DNA of 24,000 bases from Muribaculaceae bacterium (GTDB lineage Bacteria > Bacteroidota > Bacteroidia > Bacteroidales > Muribaculaceae). Below, in pieces: positions 7,114-15,074 of the stretch. The stretch lies in contig JAFQAS010000061.1 in assembly GCA_017399915.1 (NCBI GenBank), positions 27,434 through 51,433 of the forward strand. Direction: 5' to 3'. Under the pieces are notes generated by a model, which was not told where the DNA came from, searched no databases, and was given only the letters and a program-made list of their open reading frames with translations. The stretch's first letter is position 1. Every line of letters begins with the position of its first letter. A program made the position numbers and the translations under genes.

Positions 7114-9213
7114 TTAACTTATCAACCCCCAATTAATGCTTTTCGCAAATAAAACATCGAGTTGATTTCTCAAAATTGCATGGTTTTGCATAGTCAAATC
7201 GGGGTCTAAATCAAGAATATCCGACGCCATATTACGTGCCATTTGTATTATTTGCCCATCGGTTGCAAGATTGGCAATATGCAAGTCAAATGCTATACCA
7301 CTTTGCATTGTACCCTCAAGATCACCGGGGCCTCGCATCTTCAAGTCGGCCTCTGCCACTATAAAACCGTCGGTAGTAGAAGTCATTATCTCCAATCTCT
7401 TGCGTGTTTCCTTGGCAATTTTCACTTTTGTCATCAAAATACAATAGCTTTGGTCGGCGCCACGCCCCACTCTGCCTCGCAATTGATGTAGCTGTGAAAG
7501 GCCAAACCGTTCGGCATTCTCAATAATCATTGTAGTTGCATTAGGCACATTCACCCCCACTTCAATCACCGTAGTGGCAACCAAGATATGAGCTTGTCCC
7601 GATGCAAAGAGCGACATTTGATAATCTTTTTCGGCCGGTTTCATCTTACCATGCACAAATGCCACTCGATATGAGGGGAATGTTTCACATATCAATTCAT
7701 ATCCCTCCTCAAGACTTTGCAAATCGAGCTTTTCGTTTTCTTGAATCAACGGATACACTATATATACCTGTCGGCCTTGTTTCAACTGTCGACCCACAGC
7801 TTGATATACCTGAAAACGTTGCTTGTCGTCATCACCATACCGCAACAAAGTTTGAACCGGTTTGCGACCCGGAGGCAATTCATCAATCACCGACACATCC
7901 AAGTCGCCATAAACAGTCATAGCCAATGTGCGAGGGATAGGTGTAGCGGTCATCACAAGCACATGTGGAGGAGTTGAATTCTTTTTCCACAATCGTGCAC
8001 GTTGAGCCACTCCAAAGCGGTGTTGCTCGTCAATAACCACAAATCCCAAGTTTTTAAATTGCACATTATCCTCTATTACGGCATGCGTACCTATTAATAT
8101 ATGTAGTGATCCATCTTGTAATTGCTCATGAATGAGGTCGCGCTGCTTTTTGCGAGTTGAACCGGTGAGCAATTTCACATTTATACCTATAGGAGCCACC
8201 AATTCTGAAATTGTTTCGTAGTGTTGAGTCGCCAATATCTCTGTTGGAGCCATCAAGCATGCTTGTGTGTTATTGTCAATAGCCATGAGCATACACAACA
8301 ATGCCACAAGAGTCTTGCCACTACCCACATCACCTTGCAACAGACGATTCATCTGTTTGCCACTGCCCACATCGGCTCTTATCTCTTTTATCACTCGTTT
8401 CTGAGCACCGGTGAGTTCAAAAGGTAGTTGCTGTGAATAAAACGTATTAAAGAAATGCCCTATGCGGGGGAAATGGAAACCACGTATCACTGCCGAGCGT
8501 TTGCGTGTGTAACGCAATATATTGAGCTGCATATAAAACAACTCTTCAAATTTAAATCTCAGACGAGCCCTTTGCAACCGGTCATTGTTTTGCGGATTAT
8601 GAATTGCGACAATAGCTTCACTCAACGGCATGAGATTTAATCGCACCAAAATTTCCTGAGGCAAAGTTTCGGCAACACCTCTTATCGTCGACAGAATTGT
8701 GTGTATATAATTAAATAATGTGCGCGACGATACACCTCTATTTCGTAATGTTTCGGTCAACGGATACACTCCCCTCAACCCTTGCATCGCTCCGGCTGCA
8801 GCTATAGGGTCAACTTCGGGGTGCACCATACTCCAATGGCCGTTAAATTCCGATGGTTTTCCAAATATGATATATTCGTTCCCCGGAATATATGCTTGCT
8901 TCAAATATTTTATACGTTGAAACCACACTACTTCAATCGTGCCGGTTCCATCGGTAAACAAGCCCACTAATCGGCTCTTCGCTCCTACCCCTTGCACCGA
9001 GAAATTTATAAAACGTCCCTTCAACTGAATTGAAGGCATCTCTCCATGCAATTCTCTGATTGTGTAAATCGATGAGCGATCGAGGTAATGATTTGGGAAA
9101 TGGAATAACAGATCATAGTATGATTTAATACCAAGTTGCTTATCGAGCAATTCGGCACGCTTCGGACCTACTCCTTTTAGATATTTTATGTCGAGATTGC
9201 GCAATCGGTTCAT
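7114..9213 (-). CDS. recG: ATP-dependent DNA helicase RecG
   Basis: The 699-aa ORF has an N-terminal wedge/OB region followed by SF2 helicase motifs (LLQGDVGSGKT, VIDEQHRFG, MTATPIPRT, QLHQLRGRVGRG). Confidence 0.9.
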   Translation of the reverse strand: MNRLRNLDIKYLKGVGPKRAELLDKQLGIKSYYDLLFHFPNHYLDRSSIYTIRELHGEMPSIQLKGRFINFSVQGVGAKSRLVGLFTDGTGTIEVVWFQRIKYLKQAYIPGNEYIIFGKPSEFNGHWSMVHPEVDPIAAAGAMQGLRGVYPLTETLRNRGVSSRTLFNYIHTILSTIRGVAETLPQEILVRLNLMPLSEAIVAIHNPQNNDRLQRARLRFKFEELFYMQLNILRYTRKRSAVIRGFHFPRIGHFFNTFYSQQLPFELTGAQKRVIKEIRADVGSGKQMNRLLQGDVGSGKTLVALLCMLMAIDNNTQACLMAPTEILATQHYETISELVAPIGINVKLLTGSTRKKQRDLIHEQLQDGSLHILIGTHAVIEDNVQFKNLGFVVIDEQHRFGVAQRARLWKKNSTPPHVLVMTATPIPRTLAMTVYGDLDVSVIDELPPGRKPVQTLLRYGDDDKQRFQVYQAVGRQLKQGRQVYIVYPLIQENEKLDLQSLEEGYELICETFPSYRVAFVHGKMKPAEKDYQMSLFASGQAHILVATTVIEVGVNVPNATTMIIENAERFGLSQLHQLRGRVGRGADQSYCILMTKVKIAKETRKRLEIMTSTTDGFIVAEADLKMRGPGDLEGTMQSGIAFDLHIANLATDGQIIQMARNMASDILDLDPDLTMQNHAILRNQLDVLFAKSINWGLIS

Positions 9214-9887
9214 CGTTGACGGAGATATAGTTGTGCAATCTCAATATCGAGAGGATTGGTTATCTTTATATTATATGTGTCACCCTCCACAAGTGCCACA
9301 TCATTTCCTAATGCAGCCATCACCGATGCGTCATCGGTAAACGTTGGATTAAAGGGCAACGAATAAGCCTCTACCAACTTATCGGCATGAAAGGCCTGTG
9401 GTGTTTGCACTGCTTTATATTGAGAGCGGTCAACCGGAGCCGAGCCTTGCTCATTCACCCGACGCAACGAATCGGTTACCGAAACGACCGGTATCGCACC
9501 CGGCGCACCGTCGAGAGCGGCGATTAATCGCTCAACCATCATTCTATCCACTATGGGACGAGCCCCGTCGTGAACGGTTATCACTTCGGCTTCTCGGGGA
9601 ATTGTGTCAACGGCATTCTTCACCGATTGCCAGCGGCTATCACCACCTACCACAACTCGCGGCGACACAAAAGAATATTGCTCACACAACTCAGCCCAAT
9701 AATCGACAAAATCCTTGTTTAGCACCAACACAATCTGAGAATCGGGCAAGGCCACTCGCATATTCTCTATCGTGTGCATCAATACCGGACGGCCATTCAT
9801 CAGGCAATATTGCTTAGGCAATTCAGCACCAAATCTGCTACCACTACCGGCTGCTACTATTATATTATATATGTGTTGAGCTTTCAT
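9210..9887 (-). CDS. ispD: 2-C-methyl-D-erythritol 4-phosphate cytidylyltransferase
   Basis: The 225-aa ORF shows IVAAGSGSRFG...PKQY...VHDGARP, typical of IspD. Its stop overlaps the recG start in an ATGA arrangement. Confidence 0.85.
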   Translation of the reverse strand: MKAQHIYNIIVAAGSGSRFGAELPKQYCLMNGRPVLMHTIENMRVALPDSQIVLVLNKDFVDYWAELCEQYSFVSPRVVVGGDSRWQSVKNAVDTIPREAEVITVHDGARPIVDRMMVERLIAALDGAPGAIPVVSVTDSLRRVNEQGSAPVDRSQYKAVQTPQAFHADKLVEAYSLPFNPTFTDDASVMAALGNDVALVEGDTYNIKITNPLDIEIAQLYLRQR

Positions 9888-9892
9888 ATTTG

Positions 9893-9900
9893 CAAAGATA
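9893..9900 (-). promoter_or_regulatory. -7 promoter box TATCTTTG (minus strand) for ispD-recG
   Basis: Matches TAnnTTTG and ends 5 nt upstream of the ispD ATG, which implies a near-leaderless transcript. Confidence 0.45.
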
Positions 9901-9916
9901 ATTAATTTTCGCCAAC

Positions 9917-11080
9917 CTAAAACAACACTCGGGTTGATATATTTAATGTCAATGAATGGGTTGTTTTGTCAATGGCTGTGGGTGTGGCTATTCCATATGT
10001 GGCATTAGGAGATAATCTATATTCGGCATCAGCTATTTCATAGCCCAATGTAGCCCCAACGCTCATATTATCGTTTAATCGGTAGGTAGTACCCGCGGCT
10101 ATGCGAGCCGACACAAAATCATCATTTGTTTCTATCGCTCTATCTATTGATTTGAGCGAAAAATTGCGATAATAACCACAAGCCGCTTCGGCATTAAAAG
10201 AAAAACGGCTGCTCAACTGCTTGCGATAATATGGTGACAGTTCTACCCCAACTGCATTTTCGGGTGCTACAAAAGTGCGCTCACACGTTGCCGACTCATA
10301 GAAGATGGGAGTAGAACGCATAATCGCTCCAACCGATGCGCCCCAATGGTCACTAAACGGCATACCGAAACGCAATCCCACATTGAGCGACGGCTCTCGC
10401 GAAATCTTATATCCTTGCGATTTGAATCTTCCAAGATTAAAACTCATTCCGGTTTCAAGCGACAGGAAGGATTGGTTTTCATCATCAACCGACAGCATAT
10501 TATATCGATTTTGTAGTTGTTTATCACCAAAAATCTTGTCACCGATAAAATATCCCAAGTGACCGGTTACAACACCTATCACAGCCCCACCGGCCACATC
10601 AACCGGGAAATGCCGGCAATCAACCACCCTCTGCATCGCCATTGCCGAGGCAAAGGTATAACCGCCAAAAGTGTACCATGGCGAGCGCCAACCAAGCTCG
10701 CGTTCTATCACTGTTGCTCCGAGAAAGCTCCAAGCAGTGTGTCCCGAAGGAAAAGAACGGTCGTTTGTGGCATCGGGACGAGTTTCACCTACGGCATGCT
10801 TCAATCCTTCAACGCTACCTGCCATCATCACCACGCCAAGGCCTTGCGACACCGCCATGCGTCCCCACCCCGACCGGGTTGGTTGCCCCACCGCTTTCAT
10901 AGCCCATGGCAACACCATTGGTGCATATTGCGCACCATCTACAAGCAATCCATTATCCTCGTCCTGCTCCACCCATGTAGGAGACCAATCGGCTCGCAAT
11001 GACAATGGCTCAGCCTCACCTTGGGCATATCCACCAACGGCTGAGCATAACAACGTGATTATCGCAACAAATTTCTTCAT
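9917..11080 (-). CDS. PAP2-family phosphatase domain fused to a C-terminal beta-barrel-like outer-membrane domain
   Basis: The signal peptide is MKKFVAIITLLCSAVGGYAQ. All three PAP2 motifs are present (KHAVGETRP, PSGH, QRVVDCRHFPVD). The last ~190 aa show an alternating beta-strand pattern ending ...LTLNISTRVLF. Confidence 0.75.
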   Translation of the reverse strand: MKKFVAIITLLCSAVGGYAQGEAEPLSLRADWSPTWVEQDEDNGLLVDGAQYAPMVLPWAMKAVGQPTRSGWGRMAVSQGLGVVMMAGSVEGLKHAVGETRPDATNDRSFPSGHTAWSFLGATVIERELGWRSPWYTFGGYTFASAMAMQRVVDCRHFPVDVAGGAVIGVVTGHLGYFIGDKIFGDKQLQNRYNMLSVDDENQSFLSLETGMSFNLGRFKSQGYKISREPSLNVGLRFGMPFSDHWGASVGAIMRSTPIFYESATCERTFVAPENAVGVELSPYYRKQLSSRFSFNAEAACGYYRNFSLKSIDRAIETNDDFVSARIAAGTTYRLNDNMSVGATLGYEIADAEYRLSPNATYGIATPTAIDKTTHSLTLNISTRVLF

Positions 11081-11084
11081 AGTG

Positions 11085-11092
11085 CAAATATA
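11085..11092 (-). promoter_or_regulatory. -7 promoter box TATATTTG (minus strand)
   Basis: Matches TAnnTTTG immediately upstream of the PAP2 gene ATG at 11080. Confidence 0.4.
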
Positions 11093-11108
11093 CCTATTTT
11101 AGAGTAGA

Positions 11109-11145
11109 TAAAAAACAATGAGGACCGACAAAACGTCGATCCTCA
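11109..11145 (-). terminator. Rho-independent terminator after gdhA
   Basis: 11-bp stem (11119-11129 / 11135-11145) whose single non-Watson-Crick pair is G-U only on the minus strand, followed by ttgtttttta on the minus strand. Confidence 0.65.
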
Positions 11146-11172
11146 CATATATTTGAGCTAATTTACTATATA

Positions 11173-12510
11173 TTAGATGATACCTTGAGCCATCATTGCA
11201 CGAGCCACTTTCATGAAGCCTGCAACGTTTGCACCCTTAACATAGTTGATATATCCATCTTCCTCTTTACCATAGATAGAGCATTGTTTGTGGATTTCAG
11301 CCATGATACCTTTGAGTTTAGCGTCAACTTCTTCAGCGCTCCAGTTGAGTTTTTGTGAGTTTTGAGCCATTTCAAGACCTGATACTGACACACCACCCGC
11401 ATTTGCTGCCTTACCGGGAGCATAAAGAATCTTAGCGTTGAGGAATTCTTTGATTGCATCGGGAGTTGAAGGCATGTTAGCACCTTCCGACACTGCGAAA
11501 CAGCCGTTAGCAAGGAGTGTGCGAGCATCGTCACCATCAAGTTCGTTTTGAGTAGCCGATGGCATTGCGATATCACAAACAGCGTGTTGCCATGGACGTT
11601 CGCCTTCGAAATATTGACAATCATATTCTTCGGCAAACTCTTTGATGCGACCACGATAAACGTTTTTGAGTTTGAAGATATAGTCGAGTTGTTCTTGTGA
11701 GATACCTTCGGGCACATAGATTGAACCGTTAGAGTCGCTCATTGATACAACTTTCGCACCAAGTTCGAGAAGTTTTTTAGCTGTATATGTAGCCACGTTA
11801 CCTGAACCTGAGATAGCTACTTTCTTATCTTTGATGTCGATGCCTTTTGTTGCAAGCATGTTCAACAAGAAGTAAACATTACCATAACCGGTTGCTTCGG
11901 GACGCACGAGTGAACCACCAAAGTCAAGACCTTTACCGGTGAATGTACCTGTGAATTCACGAGCCATTTTCTTGTACATACCATACATGTACCCTACTTC
12001 GCGAGCACCTACACCTATATCACCTGCAGGAACGTCGGTATCGGGACCGATGTGACGCCACAATTCAGCGATAAATGCTTGGCAGAAACGCATCACTTCC
12101 ATGTCGCTCTTGCCACGTGGAGAGAAGTCTGATCCACCTTTACCACCACCCATAGCGAGTGTAGTGAGTGAGTTTTTGAATGTTTGCTCAAATGCGAGGA
12201 ACTTCAAGATTGACAAGTTAACCGATGAGTGGAAACGGATACCACCTTTGTATGGACCAATAGCATTGTTATGTTGCACACGGTAACCCATGTTGTTTTG
12301 TACATTTCCTTTATCATCTACCCACGAAATGCGGAATGTGAACACGCGATCGGGAATGCAAAGGCGTTCAATCAAGTTGTAACGTTCAAATTCGGGGTGT
12401 TCGTTGTAAACATCTTCGATTGTAGACAAAACTTCTTCTACGGCCTGAATATACTCAGGTTCATTTGGAAAACGACATTTCAATTTGTCGATTACTTCAA
12501 CTGCTTTCAT
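11173..12510 (-). CDS. gdhA: Glutamate dehydrogenase
   Basis: The 445-aa ORF has the Glu/Leu/Phe/Val dehydrogenase signature ...LAMGGGKGGSDF... and the Rossmann motif ISGSGNVA. Confidence 0.9.
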   Translation of the reverse strand: MKAVEVIDKLKCRFPNEPEYIQAVEEVLSTIEDVYNEHPEFERYNLIERLCIPDRVFTFRISWVDDKGNVQNNMGYRVQHNNAIGPYKGGIRFHSSVNLSILKFLAFEQTFKNSLTTLAMGGGKGGSDFSPRGKSDMEVMRFCQAFIAELWRHIGPDTDVPAGDIGVGAREVGYMYGMYKKMAREFTGTFTGKGLDFGGSLVRPEATGYGNVYFLLNMLATKGIDIKDKKVAISGSGNVATYTAKKLLELGAKVVSMSDSNGSIYVPEGISQEQLDYIFKLKNVYRGRIKEFAEEYDCQYFEGERPWQHAVCDIAMPSATQNELDGDDARTLLANGCFAVSEGANMPSTPDAIKEFLNAKILYAPGKAANAGGVSVSGLEMAQNSQKLNWSAEEVDAKLKGIMAEIHKQCSIYGKEEDGYINYVKGANVAGFMKVARAMMAQGII

Positions 12511-12591
12511 AAATTTCTTTCTTTAATGAAGTATTATGTATGTAATATAATCTAAAACAATCATGATGCTCATTCGCATCATTTACGACTA

Positions 12592-12599
12592 CAAAGATA
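12592..12599 (-). promoter_or_regulatory. -7 promoter box TATCTTTG (minus strand) for gdhA
   Basis: Matches TAnnTTTG about 80 nt upstream of the gdhA ATG. Confidence 0.4.
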
Positions 12600-12856
12600 T
12601 AACCTTTTATTGTATTATCCTAACATTTTGTAATTTTTTTCTCGAAAAATGTAAACTTTTTCTATTTTTCTTCATTTTGTAAAGATTTTTGCAACCTCAA
12701 CCAACACAAAAATAGCAAAAAGCAAGCAAATAGAACTAATAAATTGAAAGTTGAGAGTTGATTCTTCCTTAATGCATTTTTCTTGTTTTCCGAAGCGCAG
12801 CAACAATCTCCTGCCCACGCAGGGGATAGAAGGAGAGTTTTGGCCAACGTACGTTC

Positions 12857-13073
12857 TGACCACCTCCCGGCTTCGCCGTACTCCTCCTAAAATTTCTTTC
12901 GTAAATTTCAAGGGGAGAGTTGCTTATGTTATTGGTATTTTAACCGTCCACTTATTTGAACTGCAATCAAGGGGAGAGCTACTTTGTCATTTATTTCATT
13001 GCGTCAGCCAAGCTGTCCCCTTGTTTTTCGCAGAAAAAGAGGGGGACGAGGTGCCTGCACCGGAGGGGGTTAA
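12857..13073 (+). repeat. Modular hairpin repeat, copy 2 (~217 bp), termini tgaccacctcccgg ... ccggagggggttaa
   Basis: The left module at 12857-12920 is nearly identical to 15408-15472. An internal module gtccccttgtttttcgcagaaaaagaggggga matches 962-988. The right terminus is the inverse of the left. Confidence 0.7.
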
Positions 13074-13131
13074 ATCTCACAAAACACCAATTCTCTCACA
13101 ATATTTACAAGTTGGGAAACGTAATATAATC

Positions 13132-13491
13132 ATGAAACTAACCAATAAGCCCGAACTAAAAACCATTCGTCAAAGCTTACGCACTAATGGCACCCCGGCA
13201 GAAGCAACCTTATGGCGAATACTAAAAAACAAACAATTTGATGGTTGGAGATGGAGAAGACAACATTCCATTGGAAACATCATTTTAGATTTTTATTGCC
13301 CTAAAGCTAAATTAGGTATTGAATTAGACGGAAATCATCACTTTTCTTCTGGTGGGCAGATTGCAGACGATATTAAAACTGAAATACTACATGATTTTGG
13401 GATAAAAGTAATCCATATCGAAAACAATCAGCTATGGAAAATGCCTGATGCTATATTAGAACTTATCAAACAAGAATTAGATTCAAAATAA
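13132..13491 (+). CDS. DUF559 domain protein (Vsr/PD-(D/E)XK-like endonuclease fold)
   Basis: The 119-aa ORF reads ...LRTNGTPAEATLWRILKNKQFDGWRWRRQHSIGNIILDFYCPKAKLGIELDG..H..., the DUF559 pattern. The 5' extension of the track ORF (12751-13131) merely reads through the repeat. Confidence 0.8.
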   Translation: MKLTNKPELKTIRQSLRTNGTPAEATLWRILKNKQFDGWRWRRQHSIGNIILDFYCPKAKLGIELDGNHHFSSGGQIADDIKTEILHDFGIKVIHIENNQLWKMPDAILELIKQELDSK

Positions 13492-13503
13492 ATTCTTTGT
13501 TTC

Positions 13504-13733
13504 TAACCCCCTCCCGGCTACGCCGTACTCTCCCTAATTGCCTTGCAATCAGAGGGAGAGCTAATGATACTTCTGTCAATAATATTGGCAGCTCCTCCTC
13601 TGAAAATTTGAAAATTTTTTAGGGAACCTCGTAGAGCTCACGAGTGAGCGAGTGAGCGAGCAGTGCATGTCGGCTTGCCGGTGCACGATTGCGAGACTCA
13701 CCGTAACGTGGCACGAAGTGACGGAGGGGTTAA
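13504..13733 (+). repeat. Modular hairpin repeat, copy 3 (~230 bp), termini taaccccctcccgg ... ggaggggttaa
   Basis: The left module carries the mini-hairpin cggc-tac-gccg (13515-13525). The right half (13621-13733) aligns with 983-1085 and carries an 8-bp tandem duplication gtgagcga. Confidence 0.7.
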
Positions 13734-13775
13734 TTTTGACACAGCCTCAATACATAGAAATATTTTATTTTCGGG

Positions 13776-13838
13776 GGATATTCGCTCTTTTCGCAGGGCT
13801 TTTTATTTGCCCTGCTTATTGAGCGAATATCCTTTTTT
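13776..13838 (+). terminator. Nested hairpin between the convergent DUF559 and FGE genes; T-run on the plus strand
   Basis: A perfect 12-bp outer stem ggatattcgctc (13776-13787) / gagcgaatatcc (13821-13832) encloses the 6-bp hairpin cagggc/gccctg. It is followed by tttttt at 13833-13838. Confidence 0.55.
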
Positions 13839-13867
13839 AGCTTAAGTGAGAGAATTTCTCGATTAAA

Positions 13868-14727
13868 CTACGGACATAGGACAAGGCGGAAGCCGAAGAT
13901 GTAGCAGCGGGTGCCCGGGCTGTCGTAGCCGCGATACGACACTCGGCAGTCCTGAACACGGTTGCCCCAACTACCCCCACGAAGCACGCGGTAAGAGCCC
14001 GAGGAGGGCCAGTAGGATTAGTCGATGGACTTGATGAGTAATAGCTACTGCTATACCAATCACTACACCATTCATACACATTGCCACTCATATCATAAAT
14101 ACCTAATTCGTTAGGGGCTTTGATGCCTACTTTGTGTGTACCATATCCCGAATTTCCGTTATGCCATGCCACTTTGCCAATAGAGTTGCTGCCACTATAT
14201 TTATACCCGTTGCTCTTATTCCCTCCACGGGCGGCATATTCCCACTCGGCTTCGGTGGGAAGACGGAAGTTTATGCCGGTTAGTTGATTTAGTTTCTTGA
14301 TAAACTCTTGGCAATCGTCCCATGACACATTCTCTACCGGGTTAAGTGAAAATCGGGTGAATTCTGATGGATTCGTACCCATAACAGCATACCACAGTTC
14401 TTGGGTCACCTCGGTTTGTCCTATATAATAGCCACTCAAAGTAACTCGATGAGCAGGAGTTTCATCTCTTACATATCTATCTTGCTCGGCTGTTGCGCCC
14501 ATCATAAATGTACCTCCGGCAACATAAACCATCTTAAATGGCACTCCTTTTACGTTGAATTCTTTTACCGTTCCTTGTTTTGTCGTAGTGCCTGCAGCCC
14601 ATTTGGGAGTTGGGGTTTTAATCGTTTGTTCTTGACGTGCTTTTTTCCTTATTTTAGACCGTTGTGCACTAATAGGAGTTCCTGCAAAAAGGAGCACCAT
14701 TAAAATTAAACACAGAAATTTTTTCAT
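13868..14727 (-). CDS. Secreted SUMF1/FGE-type (C-type-lectin-fold) domain protein, interrupted by a 1-nt frameshift near 14005-14008
   Basis: The signal peptide is MKKFLCLILMVLLFAGTPISAQ and the FGE-family core runs to ...NELGIYDMSGNVYEWCSDWYSSSYYSSSPSTNPTGP. The family-typical C-terminus SSGSYRVLRGGSWGNRVQDCRVSYRGYDSPGTRCYIFGFRLVLCP* lies in the -1 frame, with its stop at 13870..13868. The track ORF (13837-14727) continues in the wrong frame as an Ala/Thr/Arg-rich tail. Confidence 0.8.
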
Positions 14728-15074
14728 AATAAAATGTGTTTTGTGTGCCTCCTGTGTCCCCTAAGTTGGCGGTTAATAATTCAATTTTTAGGGTTATAAA
14801 AACGCGAAAACGTGGGACATCGCTCAGTTTATAATCAAAGAGGCATCGCCAAACGCCCATCTCTATAATAAACAGCCCACCCCACGCTACACCTATATAT
14901 AGCACCCCGCCTATGGGGTGAGTATAGGCACGCATAGGCGTTTATGACCGCTTATCCTATAGAGATTGAAAACTGGCGATTTTCTTTGATTGGATAAAGC
15001 TGAAAACGCTTTCACAAATATGTCTCCCATGGGGAGGACAACGCTTTGCCACCCACAAGATTAATGCAAAGATA
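14728..15074 (-). promoter_or_regulatory. Predicted -7 promoter box (TATCTTTG, 15074..15067) plus ~335-nt conserved 5' leader of the second FGE gene
   Basis: The order of sequence blocks is the same as in 3957-4281, and the -7 box sits at the same aligned position. No credible ORF is present. Confidence 0.5.

Noticed and set aside
12846-12855. The sequence aacgtacgtt, which resembles the ARACGTWCGT inverted-repeat core of Bacteroides invertible promoters.
   Set aside because: It occurs only once. I found no inverted partner nearby and no recombinase gene in the window. The sequence is self-palindromic, so a chance match is likely.
12751-13131. The 127-codon N-terminal extension of the DUF559 ORF in the six-frame track (246 aa in total).
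   Set aside because: The extension reads straight through repeat copy 2 and has no protein-like features. The DUF559 homology begins at the internal Met at 13132, and that start gives the usual ~120-aa size.
13868-14010. A search of this window for the DGR template repeat or reverse transcriptase cognate to the VR-like block.
   Set aside because: I could not find an A-rich near-copy of the block by eye. The only resemblance is a ~19-nt similarity between cggcttccgccttgtcct and the repeat motif cggcttcgccgtactcct, which is too short to be meaningful. No RT-like or Avd-like ORF exists here. The DGR idea therefore remains a signature-based hypothesis.
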